Translations under genes and position numbers: made by a program
The notes under the pieces: model-generated
Database searches by the model: none
Told to the model about the DNA's origin: nothing
The model's input: only the letters and a program-made list of their open reading frames with translations
Assembly: GCF_000014785.1 (NCBI RefSeq)
Contig: NC_008340.1
Coordinates: 2,490,001 to 2,522,000, forward strand
Source: Alkalilimnicola ehrlichii MLHE-1
Lineage (GTDB): Bacteria > Pseudomonadota > Gammaproteobacteria > Nitrococcales > Halorhodospiraceae
Length of the DNA: 32,000 bases
Direction of reading: 5' to 3'
Shown: one piece after another, positions 1 to 10,735 of the stretch
Position numbering within the stretch: the first letter of the stretch is position 1
Layout of the letters: every line of letters starts with the position of its first letter

Positions 1-701
1 GCACCCAGGAGGCCAGCCTGCGCGGCTACGGCCCCGGCCGCTTCTCCTTCAACACCAAAGACGGCCGCTGCCCTGACTGCGACGGCCAGGGCGTACGCCG
101 GATCGAGATGAACTTCCTGCCCGACGTCACCGTACCCTGCGAGACCTGCCACGGACTGCGCTTCACCCGCGAGACCCTGGCCGTGGAATGGAAAGGCCGG
201 CACATCGGCGACGTACTCAACATGAGCGTGGAAGAGGCCACCGCCTTCTTCGCCGCGCAACCGCGCATCCACCACCCGCTCACACTGCTCGAGGCCGTCG
301 GCCTGGGCTACCTCACCCTGGGCCAGGCCAGCCCCACCCTCTCCGGGGGCGAGGCCCAGCGCATCAAACTGGTCACCGAACTGGCCAAGGCCCGCCCCGA
401 CCTGCGCGCCCAGCGTACCCCCCACACCCTCTACGTCCTGGACGAGCCCACCGTGGGCCTGCACATGGCAGACGTGGAGCGACTCATCGACGCCCTGCAG
501 CGGCTGGTGGACGCCGGCCACACCGTGGTGGTCATCGAACACAACCTCGATCTCATCGCCGAGGCGGACTGGGTGGTGGACATCGGTCCGGAGGGGGGCG
601 ACGCCGGCGGCCGGGTGGTCGCCGCCGGGCCGCCCGAGGCCGTGGCCGCCGGGTCGACCGCGACCGGACGCTTCCTGGCGGAGGTGTTGAAGCGGAAGTA
701 A
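1..701 (+). CDS. uvrA: Excinuclease ABC subunit A (UvrA), C-terminal ~230 aa; 5' end lies outside the window
   Basis: Frame 3 is open from the window edge ([38 protein letters not shown] zinc finger). It carries the ABC signature LSGGEAQR, Walker [13 protein letters not shown] and VVIEHN. Stop TAA at 699-701. Confidence 0.95.
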   Translation, partial: TQEASLRGYGPGRFSFNTKDGRCPDCDGQGVRRIEMNFLPDVTVPCETCHGLRFTRETLAVEWKGRHIGDVLNMSVEEATAFFAAQPRIHHPLTLLEAVGLGYLTLGQASPTLSGGEAQRIKLVTELAKARPDLRAQRTPHTLYVLDEPTVGLHMADVERLIDALQRLVDAGHTVVVIEHNLDLIAEADWVVDIGPEGGDAGGRVVAAGPPEAVAAGSTATGRFLAEVLKRK

Positions 702-744
702 CCGGGCGCACGGCGACCGGCCCCCGGGTCGGCGCCCCTAAAAC

Positions 745-776
745 GACGAAGGGGCGCCCGAGGGCGCCCCTTCGTC
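745..776. terminator. Strong hairpin between convergent uvrA and lpxC; likely the intrinsic terminator ending the dcw/lpxC transcript
   Basis: Perfect 15-nt inverted repeat GACGAAGGGGCGCCC-ga-GGGCGCCCCTTCGTC. On the minus strand it is followed by GTTTTAGGG (U-run). There is no U-run on the plus strand. Confidence 0.7.
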
Positions 777-800
777 CGGTCGGAAGCTGACCGCCACCGA

Positions 801-1718
801 TCAGCCGGCCACCGCCAGCCCCGGTCGATCGTAGGCGATCGGCGAGTCGGAGGCCTGATCGAAGGTGACCTCCTCCCAGGCGTCCTCCTGCGCCAGCAGC
901 GCCCGCAACAGCTTGTTGTTCAGCGAGTGCCCGGACTTATGGCCCTTGAAGGCCCCGATCAGGCTGTGGCCCAGCAGGTAGAGATCGCCGATGGCATCCA
1001 GGATCTTGTGCTTGACGAACTCATCCTGATAGCGCAGCCCGTCTTCGTTGAGGATGCGGTAGTCGTCCACCAGGATGGCGTTGTCCAGGCTGCCCCCCAG
1101 CGCCAGCCGGTTGGCCCGCAGCATCTCGATGTCGCGCATGAAGCCGAACGTGCGCGCACGGCTCACCTCCTTGACGAAGGAGGTGCTGGAGAAATCCAAT
1201 TCCGCGAAGCCGTTTTGCTCGGTGAACACCGGGTGGTCGAAATGCAGCGTGTAGCCCACCTTGAACCCGTTGAACGGCTCGAAGGCGGCCCACTTGTCGT
1301 CCTCCTCCACCCGCACCGGCTTGCGGATCCGGATGAACCGCTTCAGCGCATTCTGTTCCTCGATGCCCGCAGAACGGATCAGGAACACGAACGGCCCCGA
1401 ACTGCCGTCCATGATCGGCACCTCCGGGGCGCTCACCTCGACGAAGGCGTTGTCGATCCCCAGGCCGGCCATGGCGGAGAGCAGGTGCTCCACCGTGTAG
1501 ACCCGCGCCTCCCCCTGGGAGAGGCAGGTGGAGAGTCGGGTATCCCCGACGTTCAGCGCATGGCCGGGGATATCCACCGGCGGGTCCAGATCCACCCGTC
1601 GGAAGATAATACCGGTGTTGGCCGGCGCCGGTCGGAGGGTGAGGTACACCTTCTCGCCGGTGTGCAAGCCCACGCCAGTGGCGCGGATACTGTTCTTTAA
1701 CGTGCGCTGACGGATCAT
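801..1718 (-). CDS. lpxC: UDP-3-O-acyl-N-acetylglucosamine deacetylase (LpxC)
   Basis: [25 protein letters not shown]-terminus. Zn and catalytic motifs [22 protein letters not shown] and [14 protein letters not shown]. The ORF-track start at 1730 is a TTG; ATG 1718 matches the family N-terminus, with GGAG 12 nt upstream. Confidence 0.95.
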
Positions 1719-1804
1719 GTCGACGGCCAACTCCAGGGTTTATTGTTGCCAGTCACCGGCGTCTTCGGGCACAACGGGCCCGTGGGACGGCGGCGAGCGA
1801 CGTC

Positions 1805-1834
1805 ATTCTACTGTAATCCACCGCACCGTGTATA
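1805..1834 (-). promoter_or_regulatory. Candidate sigma70 promoter for lpxC in the ftsZ-lpxC spacer
   Basis: The minus strand reads TATACA-N18-TAGAAT about 87 nt upstream of the lpxC ATG. This rests on sequence resemblance only. Confidence 0.3.
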
Positions 1835-1890
1835 GTGCAGTGCAACATAGCGCCGCGACCCTTTCCGGCCGGCACCGCCGGCGCCAGCGG

Positions 1891-3030
1891 TCAGTCCGCC
1901 TGACGCCGGAGGAAGGCGGGAATATCCAGGTATTCCATATCGCCCTCGTCTTCCACACCCGGCCGGTCGTTGGCCGCCTTCTTGCGGATCACCGTCGGCC
2001 GGTCCAGCTGGTTGTAGTCCACATCCCCGCTGGCCTTGCGCACCGGTTTCAGGTCGGGCTTGCGCTGCTCCTGGAATGCACCCAGGCCGGTGGCCACGAC
2101 TGTGACATGCAGTTCGTTCTCGAGTTCCGGATCGATGACGGTACCCACCACCACGGTGGCCTCGTCGGAGGCGAACTCGCGCACCGCATTGCCCACGTCG
2201 TTGAACTCGCCGATGCCCAGGTCCAGCCCGGCGGTGACATTGACCAGGATGCCGTTGGCCCCGGCCAGGTTCACGTCCTCCAGTAGCGGGCAGGCGATGG
2301 CCCGCTCGGCGGCCTCACGGGCGCGCCCCTCACCGGAGGCGGAGCCGGTACCCATCACCGCCATACCCATCTCCGACATCACCGTGCGCACATCGGCGAA
2401 GTCCACGTTAATCAGACCCGGGCGGGTGATCAACTCGGCGATACCTTTTACCGCACCCAGCAGCACATCGTTCGCCGCCTTGAAGGCATCCAGCAGCGTC
2501 AGGTTGTTGCCCAGCACACTGATCAGCTTCTCGTTGGGAATGGTGATCAGGGAGTCCACATGCTGGCCCAACTCCTTGATGCCCTCCTCGGCGATCCGCA
2601 TCCGCTTGCTGCCCTCGAAGGGGAAGGGCTTGGTCACCACGGCGACTGTGAGGATCCCCATCTCGCGGGCGATCTCGGCCACCACCGGGGCACCGCCAGT
2701 GCCGGTGCCACCGCCCATGCCGGCGGTGATGAAGACCATGTCCGCGCCCTCAATCGCTTCCATGATGCGCTCGCGGTCCTCGACGGCCGCCTCACGGCCG
2801 ACGCCGGGGTTGGCCCCGGCGCCCAGGCCCTTGGTGATGCCGGAACCGAGCTGCAGGGTGGTGCGCGCAGCCACGTTCTGCAGCGCCTGGGCGTCCGTGT
2901 TGGCGCAGATGAAATCCACACCCTCGATATCGGCGGCCACCATATGCTGCACGGCATTACCACCGCCGCCGCCTACGCCGATGACCTTGATAACCGCGTT
3001 CTGGTTGACGTTATCCATCAGTTCAAACAT
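1891..3030 (-). CDS. ftsZ: Cell division GTPase FtsZ
   Basis: [14 protein letters not shown] and tubulin signature [14 protein letters not shown]. Conserved C-terminal peptide [15 protein letters not shown] lies 8 nt upstream of ATG 3030. Confidence 0.98.
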   Translation of the reverse strand: MFELMDNVNQNAVIKVIGVGGGGGNAVQHMVAADIEGVDFICANTDAQALQNVAARTTLQLGSGITKGLGAGANPGVGREAAVEDRERIMEAIEGADMVFITAGMGGGTGTGGAPVVAEIAREMGILTVAVVTKPFPFEGSKRMRIAEEGIKELGQHVDSLITIPNEKLISVLGNNLTLLDAFKAANDVLLGAVKGIAELITRPGLINVDFADVRTVMSEMGMAVMGTGSASGEGRAREAAERAIACPLLEDVNLAGANGILVNVTAGLDLGIGEFNDVGNAVREFASDEATVVVGTVIDPELENELHVTVVATGLGAFQEQRKPDLKPVRKASGDVDYNQLDRPTVIRKKAANDRPGVEDEGDMEYLDIPAFLRRQAD

Positions 3031-3045
3031 GACCCTATCCTCCTG

Positions 3046-3060
3046 GGACCGTTTCGGTCC
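3046..3060 (-). other. Stem-loop abutting the ftsZ Shine-Dalgarno sequence
   Basis: The minus strand reads GGACCG-AAA-CGGTCC (6-bp perfect stem), then C, then AGGAGG (3044..3039), then 8 nt, then ATG. Confidence 0.5.
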
Positions 3061-3121
3061 GAATACAGAAATTGCAGTAACTTTTCCTTCCCCGGACCCG
3101 CCCGCCCGGATTCGCCCTGGC

Positions 3122-4387
3122 TCAGAAATTGCCCTTGAACCAACTCTTCATACGCGCCCAAAGTGCCTGTAGCCCGCCCTCCTCGCTGAAGTCGGTGAGC
3201 GCTGGCTTGCCCTCGTGCCGGGCGCCGTAGACCAGCAGCCCGACGCCGGTGGAATAGATGGGGTTGCGGACCACGTCCGAGAGGCCGGTGACCTGGGTCG
3301 GACTGGCCGCCCGCACCGGCAAGTGGAAGACCTCCTCGGCCAGGTCCACCACGCCCTCCATCTTGGAACTGCCCCCGGTGAGCACCACGCCCGCCGGGAT
3401 CAGGTCCTCAAAACCGCTGCGCCGCAGTTCTGCCTGCACCAGGCCGAGCAACTCCTCATAACGGGGCTCGACCACCGCCGCCAACGACTGGCGGGAGAGC
3501 CGGCGCGGCGGCCGGTCACCCACCGAGGGCACCTCGATGCTCTCCTCGGGATTGGCCAGCTGCGACAGGGCGCAGGCGTACTTGACCTTGATCTCCTCTG
3601 CGTGCTGGGTCGGGGTGCGCAGAGCCACCGCGATGTCGTTGGTGACCTGGTGCCCGGCGATGGGGATCACCGCCGTATGGCGGATGGCGCCGCCGGTGAA
3701 CACGGCGATATCGGTGGTCCCGCCACCGATATCCACCAGGCAGACCCCCAGCTCCCGCTCGTCGTCGGTGAGCACCGCCTGGGCCGAGGCGAGCTGCTGG
3801 AGGACCACGTCGTCCACCTCCAGGCCGCAGCGGCGGACACACTTAGTGATGTTTTCCGCCGCCGAGACGGCGCCGGTCACCATGTGCACCCGGGCCTCCA
3901 GGCGCACCCCGGACATGCCCAGCGGATGGCGAATGCCCTCCTGGTTGTCGATAACGAACTCCTGGGGCAACACGTGCAGGATCCGCTGATCGGCCGGGAT
4001 GGCCACCGCGCGTGCGCCGTCCAGCACCCGGTCCAGGTCGCCCTGGGTCACCTCCCGGTCCTTGATGGCCACCATGCCGTGGGAGTTCATGCTCTTGATA
4101 TGGCTGCCGGAGATGCCCACGTAGGCGGAGTGGATCTCGCAGCCGGCCATCAGCTCGGCCTCCTCCACCGCCCGCTGCACCGATTGGACGGTGGACTCGA
4201 TATTGACCACCACGCCCTTCTTCAGGCCGCTGGAGGGGTGGGAGCCGATGCCCACCACCTCGATCTCGCCGTCCTCCCCGGCCTCGCCCACGATGGCGAC
4301 TACCTTCGAGGTGCCGATATCCAGCCCCACCAGCAGGTTGCGTTCGGACTTCTTTACCATGCCGTGTTGTTTCCCTGTCGATCGCAT
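3122..4387 (-). CDS. ftsA: Cell division protein FtsA (actin-like ATPase)
   Basis: Motifs [11 protein letters not shown] and [14 protein letters not shown], with FtsA-like sequence throughout. The start is ambiguous. ATG 4387 overlaps the ftsQ stop (TAATG). ATG 4360 ([16 protein letters not shown]) gives the N-terminal length typical of FtsA. Confidence 0.95.
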   Translation of the reverse strand: MRSTGKQHGMVKKSERNLLVGLDIGTSKVVAIVGEAGEDGEIEVVGIGSHPSSGLKKGVVVNIESTVQSVQRAVEEAELMAGCEIHSAYVGISGSHIKSMNSHGMVAIKDREVTQGDLDRVLDGARAVAIPADQRILHVLPQEFVIDNQEGIRHPLGMSGVRLEARVHMVTGAVSAAENITKCVRRCGLEVDDVVLQQLASAQAVLTDDERELGVCLVDIGGGTTDIAVFTGGAIRHTAVIPIAGHQVTNDIAVALRTPTQHAEEIKVKYACALSQLANPEESIEVPSVGDRPPRRLSRQSLAAVVEPRYEELLGLVQAELRRSGFEDLIPAGVVLTGGSSKMEGVVDLAEEVFHLPVRAASPTQVTGLSDVVRNPIYSTGVGLLVYGARHEGKPALTDFSEEGGLQALWARMKSWFKGNF

Positions 4388-5202
4388 TATTCGGTTGCCG
4401 TGCCCGCGTCCCGCCAGCCCAGCGCGAAGCCGTTGGGGTAGCGCAGATCCGCACTGGCCAGCTCCCGGCCCTGCTCCTGTTCACGGGCAATCAGCGGCCA
4501 GGCGTCCAGAAAGCGCATTACCCGCGCCACCACCTGCTCGCGCCCCATCTCCAGGCGGATCGGCCCCTCGTCGCCCGGCGCCACCCCGTCCTCCGGGGCC
4601 AGTTCGGCCCGCCAGGCCGCCCGCGCATCCTGTTCCAGCGCCATCAGCTCGAACCCGGCGGCCTGGAGGCGCCGGGTCAGATCGCGGTAATGCCGCACCA
4701 CCGCCTCTTCCCGCCCCGCCGTCCCCGACAGCCGCGGCAGCCCGGACGGGATGCTCGCCGGGTCCGGTTCAAACACCTCGCCGGCCCCGGTGATCAGCCC
4801 CGACTCGCCCCAGCGGGCCAGGGGCGCGTGCTCGCGGATGGTCAACTCCACCATATCGGGCCAGACCCGGCGCACCGAGGCGCTGGCCACCCAGGGCAGC
4901 GCCTCCACCGCCCGCCGCATGCCGGTGACGTCCAGGCCGAACATCCCCTTGTCCAGGAACGGCTCCAGGGCCGTCTCCACATCGTCCGGCGCCAGGTGGC
5001 GGACCGGGCTGTCCAGGCGCACCATCTGCACCGGGAACCACTCACCGCTGCGCAACTGCTCCAACGCGGCGCTGCCGCCGGCCAGTGCCAGCAGCAGTGC
5101 CGCGGCGCCGGCGGCCCAGCCCAGCATGCCGGCGCCGCGGTGGGCCCGCGTTGGCGTGCCCCGCGGCCGGGGGCCGCCCGCCGATGCGGCCAGCACCGTC
5201 AT
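4387..5202 (-). CDS. ftsQ: Cell division protein FtsQ
   Basis: Basic N-terminus, single TM helix ([17 protein letters not shown]), then a POTRA/FtsQ-type periplasmic domain. Conserved position between ddl and ftsA. The ATG overlaps the ddl stop (ATGA). Confidence 0.85.
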   Translation of the reverse strand: MTVLAASAGGPRPRGTPTRAHRGAGMLGWAAGAAALLLALAGGSAALEQLRSGEWFPVQMVRLDSPVRHLAPDDVETALEPFLDKGMFGLDVTGMRRAVEALPWVASASVRRVWPDMVELTIREHAPLARWGESGLITGAGEVFEPDPASIPSGLPRLSGTAGREEAVVRHYRDLTRRLQAAGFELMALEQDARAAWRAELAPEDGVAPGDEGPIRLEMGREQVVARVMRFLDAWPLIAREQEQGRELASADLRYPNGFALGWRDAGTATE

Positions 5203-6134
5203 GGCCGCCCCGCCTCCCGCCGGCGGCTGTCGAGCAGGATCCGCCAGCAGAGTTCGTCGAAGTCGATACCCACCGCCCGGGCCGCCATGGGCACCAGGGA
5301 GTGATCGGTCATGCCGGGGATGGTGTTGATCTCCAACAACCAGAACCGGCCCTGCCGGTCGCGCATGAAATCCACCCGGCCCCAGCCGCTGGCACCGGCC
5401 ACCCGGAAGGCGTCCAGCGCCAACTGGCGGATCTGCTGCTCCTCGGCCTCGGTGAGCCCGGCCGGACAGTGGTAGCGGGTGTCCCCGCTGCGGTACTTGG
5501 CCTCGAAGTCGTAGAAACCGCGCGGGGTCTCCAGTCGAATGGCCGGCAGCGCCTCCTCGCCCAGGATGGCCACGGTGTACTCCCCGCCCTCGATCCAGCG
5601 CTCGGCGAGCACCAGGTCGTCGTAGCGGGCGGCCTCGGCGCGGGCGGCCTCCAGCTCCTCCGGCCGCTCCACCTTGGCCATGCCGATACTCGACCCCTCA
5701 TGGGCCGGCTTGATCATCAGCGGCAGGCCGACGCTGCCGATGAGCGCCTGGCGGTTGGTCTCCGGGCGCAGCAGCGCCCCGGGCGGCACCGGCAGCTCGG
5801 CGCCACGCCAGAGCAGCTTGGTGCGCCACTTGTCCATGCCGATGGCGCAACCCAGGACACCGCTGCCGGTATAGGGCACGCCCAGGGCCTCCAGCGCCCC
5901 CTGGATGACCCCGTCCTCGCCGCCACGGCCGTGCAGGGCAATGAAGGCCCGGTCGAAACCGGTCAGTTCCGCCAGCGCCACCTGGGCGGTATCCACCGCC
6001 TCCGCATCAACACCGCGACGGCGCAACGCCTCGAACACGGCCCGGCCGCTGATCAGGGAGATCTCACGCTCGGCGGAGTCGCCCCCCATCAGCACCGCCA
6101 CCCGGCCCATCGCCGCTGCCTGTTCGCTGCTCAT
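5199..6134 (-). CDS. ddl: D-alanine--D-alanine ligase
   Basis: [47 protein letters not shown] and an ATP-grasp C-terminal half (EINTIPGMT). Confidence 0.95.
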   Translation of the reverse strand: MSSEQAAAMGRVAVLMGGDSAEREISLISGRAVFEALRRRGVDAEAVDTAQVALAELTGFDRAFIALHGRGGEDGVIQGALEALGVPYTGSGVLGCAIGMDKWRTKLLWRGAELPVPPGALLRPETNRQALIGSVGLPLMIKPAHEGSSIGMAKVERPEELEAARAEAARYDDLVLAERWIEGGEYTVAILGEEALPAIRLETPRGFYDFEAKYRSGDTRYHCPAGLTEAEEQQIRQLALDAFRVAGASGWGRVDFMRDRQGRFWLLEINTIPGMTDHSLVPMAARAVGIDFDELCWRILLDSRRREAGRP

Positions 6135-7027
6135 GACTGCGCCTCCCCCACGATATGCACCTCGGGCACCAGGGTGACCCCGTGCCGGCGCGCCACCTCA
6201 TCGCGCACCTGTTCGATCAAGGCCTCGATGTCCGCCGGGGTGGCCCCGCCGGTGTTGATAATGAAATTGGCGTGCCGCTCCGAGACCTGGGCGGCGCCGC
6301 GGCGCAGCCCCTTGAGCCCGGCGGCCTCAATCAACCGCGCCGCGTGGTCACCGGGCGGGTTGCGGAACACCGAGCCGCAGCTCGGCTCGCCGATGGGTTG
6401 GGTGCGGTTACGCTGGCTAAGCAGGGCCTTGACCCGCGCCTGCATCGCCTGGGCGTCGCCCGGCTCCAGGTCCAGCACCGCGGCGACGAACCATTCCCCG
6501 GCCGGCCCGCTGACGTGGCGGTAACCCACCCGGAAATCCTCAGGCCCGCGCCGGCGCAGCACACCGTGCCGGTCCACCGTCTCCACCCGGCGCACCCGCG
6601 ACCAGGTCTCGCCGCCGAAGGCGCCGGCATTCATGGCCAGGGCGCCGCCCAGGGTGCCGGGGATACCGGCGAAGAACTCCGCCCCGGCCAGCCCCTGGCG
6701 GATGCAGTAGCGGGACAACCGGCCGCAGGCCACCCCGGCCTCGGCATGGACCTGCTCGCCCTCCACCCGCAGCGCATCGAGTCCGCCCTGGGTGAGGATG
6801 ACCGTGCCGCGCAGGCCGCCCTCGCGCACCAGCAGGTTGCTGCCCAGGCCGCACCAGAACAGCGGCTCGTCCTCCGGCAACCGGCGCAGGAACGCCACCA
6901 GGTCCGCCAGCCCGGCGGGCCGGTAGAGCCGTTCGGCCGGGCCACCGGCACGCCAGGAGGTGTAGCGCGCCATCGGCTCCCAATGGCGCAGTTCCCCCGG
7001 CTGTATGCGGCGTTCGGCGGCCATCAT
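6131..7027 (-). CDS. murB: UDP-N-acetylenolpyruvoylglucosamine reductase (MurB)
   Basis: [43 protein letters not shown] (FAD-binding PCMH domain) and [28 protein letters not shown] 7027 overlaps the murC stop (ATGA). The 60-aa R/G/P-rich extension in the ORF track (to 7207) lies inside murC and is rejected. Confidence 0.93.
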   Translation of the reverse strand: MMAAERRIQPGELRHWEPMARYTSWRAGGPAERLYRPAGLADLVAFLRRLPEDEPLFWCGLGSNLLVREGGLRGTVILTQGGLDALRVEGEQVHAEAGVACGRLSRYCIRQGLAGAEFFAGIPGTLGGALAMNAGAFGGETWSRVRRVETVDRHGVLRRRGPEDFRVGYRHVSGPAGEWFVAAVLDLEPGDAQAMQARVKALLSQRNRTQPIGEPSCGSVFRNPPGDHAARLIEAAGLKGLRRGAAQVSERHANFIINTGGATPADIEALIEQVRDEVARRHGVTLVPEVHIVGEAQS

Positions 7028-8463
7028 CCCCCATCCTCCACGCCGTGGCGGCGGGCCAGCTCCGCGGCGGCACCGCCGATGCTGCCCGCCCCCAGGGTCA
7101 GCACCAGGTCGCCGTCCCGGGCCACCCCGGGGAGCACCTGCTGCAGTTCCTCCAGGGTCTCCACGAAGACCGGGTTGACCTGGCCGCGGGCGCGGATCGC
7201 CGCGCACAGGCCACGCCCGGTGGCGCCGGCCACCGGCGGCTCGCCGGCGGCATAGACCTCGGTGACCAGCAGCGCATCGGCCTCGGAGAGCACCCGGGCG
7301 AAGTCCTCGAACAGATCCCGGGTGCGGCTGTAACGGTGGGGCTGGAAGACCACCAGGACCCGCCGGCCGGGCCAGCCGTCGCGCACCGCTCTCAGGGTGG
7401 CGGCGATCTCCCGCGGGTGGTGGCCGTAGTCGTCCACCAGGGTCACCCGGGCGTCGCCGAAGCGCAGGGTACCGTGGTCCTGGAAGCGCCGGCCGATCCC
7501 CTGGAAGCGCTGCAGGGCGCGCTGGATGGCGGCGACGTCCACATGCAGCTCGCGGGCCACGGCGATGGCCGCCAGGGCATTCTGCACGTTGTGGCGGCCG
7601 GGCAGATTCACCTCCACCGGGAAGGTCGCCTCGCCATCCACCACCGTGAAGCGGGTACGCCGGCCGCTCTGCTCGATGTCCACCGCCCGCAGGTCGGCGT
7701 CCTCGGCGAAGCCGTAGCTGCGCACCTGGCGGGCGATCTCCGGGCCCAAATCGCGCAACACCGGGTCGTCGTGACAGAGCACCGCCAGGCCGTAGAAGGG
7801 CAGGTGGTGCAGGAATTCGTCGAAGGTATGGCGTAGCTGGTCGAAGTCGCCGCCATAGGTCTCCAGGTGATCGGCATCGATGTTGGTGACCACCGCCATC
7901 ATCGGCTTCAGGTGCAGGAAGGAGGCGTCGCTCTCGTCGGCCTCGGCCACCAGATAGCGGCCGCTGCCCAGCCGGGCGTGGCTGGCGGAGCTGTTGAGCC
8001 GCCCGCCGATGACATAGGTGGGGTCCAAACCGCCCTCGGCGAGCACGCTGGCCACCAGGCTGGTGGTGGTGGTCTTGCCGTGGGTGCCGGCTACCGCGAT
8101 GCCGTAACGGAAGCGCATCAGCTCGGCCAGCATCTCGGCCCGGCGCACCACCGGGATACGGTACTCGCGGGCGGCCTGCACCTCCGGGTTGTCCGCCTGC
8201 ACCGCGCTGGAGACCACCACCGCATCGGCCCCCTGCACGTGGTCGGCCTCATGACCGAACACCACCTGCACGCCCAGCCCCGCCAGGCGCCGGGTGATGG
8301 CGTTCTCCCGCAGATCGGACCCGGTCACGGTAAAGCCCAGGTTGTGCAGCACCTCGGCGATACCGCCCATGCCCGCACCGCCGATACCGACGAAGTGCAG
8401 GTGGCGGACGCGGCCAAAGGCGTCCGGGCGGGTATGGGCCGGGCTCGTGTCACCGTCAGTCAT
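7024..8463 (-). CDS. murC: UDP-N-acetylmuramate--L-alanine ligase (MurC)
   Basis: [18 protein letters not shown]-loop [14 protein letters not shown] and a Mur ligase middle and C-terminal domain. ATG 8463 overlaps the murG stop (ATGA). The ORF-track extension to 8532 is rejected. Confidence 0.95.
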   Translation of the reverse strand: MTDGDTSPAHTRPDAFGRVRHLHFVGIGGAGMGGIAEVLHNLGFTVTGSDLRENAITRRLAGLGVQVVFGHEADHVQGADAVVVSSAVQADNPEVQAAREYRIPVVRRAEMLAELMRFRYGIAVAGTHGKTTTTSLVASVLAEGGLDPTYVIGGRLNSSASHARLGSGRYLVAEADESDASFLHLKPMMAVVTNIDADHLETYGGDFDQLRHTFDEFLHHLPFYGLAVLCHDDPVLRDLGPEIARQVRSYGFAEDADLRAVDIEQSGRRTRFTVVDGEATFPVEVNLPGRHNVQNALAAIAVARELHVDVAAIQRALQRFQGIGRRFQDHGTLRFGDARVTLVDDYGHHPREIAATLRAVRDGWPGRRVLVVFQPHRYSRTRDLFEDFARVLSEADALLVTEVYAAGEPPVAGATGRGLCAAIRARGQVNPVFVETLEELQQVLPGVARDGDLVLTLGAGSIGGAAAELARRHGVEDGG

Positions 8464-9533
8464 CGGGCCTCCTCCAGGCAGATCCGCGCCACCGTGGCCG
8501 CGGCGTCCGGCCGCCCCAACCCGCGCGCGCACTGGGCCATGCGCTGCAGGCGTGGCGGGTCGGCCAACAGGGTCTTGAGCTCCAGCGCCAGGCGCTGGGC
8601 ACTGAGTTCGGACTGGGGCAGCAAGACCCCGGCGCCGGCCGCCACGAACTGCCGGGCGTTGGCGGTCTGGTGGTCGTCCACGGCGCCGGGCAGCGGCACC
8701 AGGATGGCGGGCACGCCCACCGCCTCCAGCTCCGCCACGGTCAGGGCGCCGGCACGGCAGATCGCCAGGTCCGCCCAGGTCCAGGCCGCGGCCATGTCCT
8801 CAATAAAGGGCTGCAGGTCCACCGCGATACCCGCCTGATCGTAGGCCTCGCGGGCCTGTTGCAGGGTGCGCTCGCCGGCTTGGTGGCGTACCACCGGCCG
8901 TTGCACCTCCGGTAGCCGGGCCAGCGCCGCCGGGACGGTGCTGTTCAGGGCCAGCGCGCCCAGGCTGCCGCCCACCACCAGCAGGCGCAGAGGCTCGTGG
9001 GCGCCGGCACCGCGATCCGCCGGGCCGGGTACCCGGGTGATGGCGTCGCGCACCGGGTTGCCCACGTGCTCGCCGCCCCGTTCCGGCAGGATGCCGGGGA
9101 AGCCGGTGAGCACCCGGCGGGCGAGCCGACTCAGCAGGCGGTTGGTCAGACCGGCCACGGCGTTCTGCTCGTGGATGATCAGCGGCCGGCGGGTCAGCCA
9201 GGCGGCCACCGCCCCCGGGCCGGCGGCGTAACCCCCCATGCCCAATACCGCCCGCGGCCGGTGCCGGCGCAGGACGCCCAGGGCCTGCCAGAGGGCGCGC
9301 AGCAGCACAAACGGCGCGGCCAGCCAGCCCCGCAGGCCGTTGCCGCGCAGGCCGCGCACCCGCAGCGACTCCAGCGGGATGTCCGCCGCCGGCACCACCC
9401 GGGCCTCCAGGCCCTCGCGGGTGCCCAGCCAGACCACTGGCACCCCCTGCTCGCGTAGGCGCTCCGCCACCGCCAGCGCGGGGAAGACGTGGCCACCGGT
9501 GCCACCGGCCATGATCAGGACGGGCATCGTCAT
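8460..9533 (-). CDS. murG: Undecaprenyldiphospho-muramoylpentapeptide beta-N-acetylglucosaminyltransferase (MurG)
   Basis: [19 protein letters not shown]-loop and a GT28 C-terminal domain ([23 protein letters not shown]). The ATG overlaps the ftsW stop (ATGA). Confidence 0.95.
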   Translation of the reverse strand: MTMPVLIMAGGTGGHVFPALAVAERLREQGVPVVWLGTREGLEARVVPAADIPLESLRVRGLRGNGLRGWLAAPFVLLRALWQALGVLRRHRPRAVLGMGGYAAGPGAVAAWLTRRPLIIHEQNAVAGLTNRLLSRLARRVLTGFPGILPERGGEHVGNPVRDAITRVPGPADRGAGAHEPLRLLVVGGSLGALALNSTVPAALARLPEVQRPVVRHQAGERTLQQAREAYDQAGIAVDLQPFIEDMAAAWTWADLAICRAGALTVAELEAVGVPAILVPLPGAVDDHQTANARQFVAAGAGVLLPQSELSAQRLALELKTLLADPPRLQRMAQCARGLGRPDAAATVARICLEEAR

Positions 9534-10735
9534 GGGCGCACCCTCCCTGACGGTCGCTTGCGCGGCCTGGGTTGCTGGGCCGCCAGCCGGGCCTCGTAGT
9601 CCACCCGCAGGAGCAGCGCCAGGGCGATGCCGGTCATGATCAGGCTGCTGCCGCCGTAGCTCATCAGCGGCAGGGTCAGCCCCTTGGTGGGCAACAGCCC
9701 CATGGTGACGGCCATATTGATGAAGGCCTGCAGCCCGATGCTGATGGTCAGCCCCCAGGCCAGGTAGGCGCCGAAGGGCCGGTCGGCCCGCAGGCTGGCC
9801 AGGCCGATCTGCATGCCGCGCCAGGCCAGGTAGGTGAACAGGGCCACCACCACGACCACGCCGAGCAGACCCAGCTCCTCCGCCAGCACGGCGAACAGGA
9901 AGTCGGTGTGCGCCTCCGGCAGGTAGAAGAGCTTCTGCACGCTAGCGCCCAGCCCCACGCCGAACCACTCGCCGCGGCCGATGGCGATCAACGACTGGGT
10001 GAGCTGGAACCCGGCATTGAAGGGGTCGGCCCAGGGATCGGTGAAGGTGGTCAGCCGCTGCCAGCGATAGGGCGAGCCGACGATGAGCAGCCAGGCGGCG
10101 CCGGCCAGCAGCAGGCCCAGCACCCCGATCCGCCAGAGTGAGGCACCGGCCAGGAACAACAGGCCGAGCGCCGTGGCCATGAGCACCAGGGCGGTGCCGA
10201 AGTCGGGCTGCGCCAGCAGCAGGACAGCGGCCAGCGAAAAGACCGCCAGCGGGACGGCGAAGGCGCTGCTGGTGTTGGGCAGCTCCGCGTGCCGGCGTAC
10301 GCAGTAGCCGGCCAGGTAGATGATGAAACAGACCCGGGCCACCTCCGCCACCTGCAGGTTGATCAGCCCGAGCGGGATCCAGCGGGTGGCGCCGTTCACC
10401 TCCCGGCCCACCCCTGGGATCAGCACCACCAGCAGCAGGAAGAAGCCGAGCACCAACAACACCGGGCCGCCGCGGTAGAACTGGTCCAGCGACAGGTGCA
10501 GACAGGCCACGGCGGCCATCAGGGCCACGGCCAGGAAGACGGCCTGCCGGTAGAGGTAGTGGAGCGGATCCCCGGTGGCCCCCTCGGCGATGGAGACCGA
10601 GGCCGAGCCCACCATGACCAGGCCCAGGCCGGCCAGGGCCAGCACGGTCAGCGCCAGGCGCCAGTCCAGGCGCTCCCAGGCCAGTCCGCCCGACTGGCCG
10701 AGGTCCAGACGCAGCCAGCGCAGCACTTCAGCCAT
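9530..10735 (-). CDS. ftsW: Peptidoglycan glycosyltransferase FtsW (SEDS family)
   Basis: About 10 predicted TM segments, PEAHTDFLFAVLAEELG and LPTKGLTLPLMSYGGSS motifs. ATG 10735 (MAEVLRWL..) overlaps the murD 3' end by 8 nt. The ORF-track extension to 10810 is rejected. Confidence 0.93.
   Translation of the reverse strand: MAEVLRWLRLDLGQSGGLAWERLDWRLALTVLALAGLGLVMVGSASVSIAEGATGDPLHYLYRQAVFLAVALMAAVACLHLSLDQFYRGGPVLLVLGFFLLLVVLIPGVGREVNGATRWIPLGLINLQVAEVARVCFIIYLAGYCVRRHAELPNTSSAFAVPLAVFSLAAVLLLAQPDFGTALVLMATALGLLFLAGASLWRIGVLGLLLAGAAWLLIVGSPYRWQRLTTFTDPWADPFNAGFQLTQSLIAIGRGEWFGVGLGASVQKLFYLPEAHTDFLFAVLAEELGLLGVVVVVALFTYLAWRGMQIGLASLRADRPFGAYLAWGLTISIGLQAFINMAVTMGLLPTKGLTLPLMSYGGSSLIMTGIALALLLRVDYEARLAAQQPRPRKRPSGRVRP

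Noticed and set aside
7028-7207. N-terminal extensions in the ORF track for murB. The same occurs for murC 8464..8532, ftsW 10736..10810, ftsI 17745..17786, lpoA 20989..21147, diaA 23460..23498 and sspB 24540..24716.
   Set aside because: The extensions are R/G/P-rich, overlap the upstream gene, and are absent from the family N-termini. Internal ATG starts coincide with stop/start coupling or a proper RBS.
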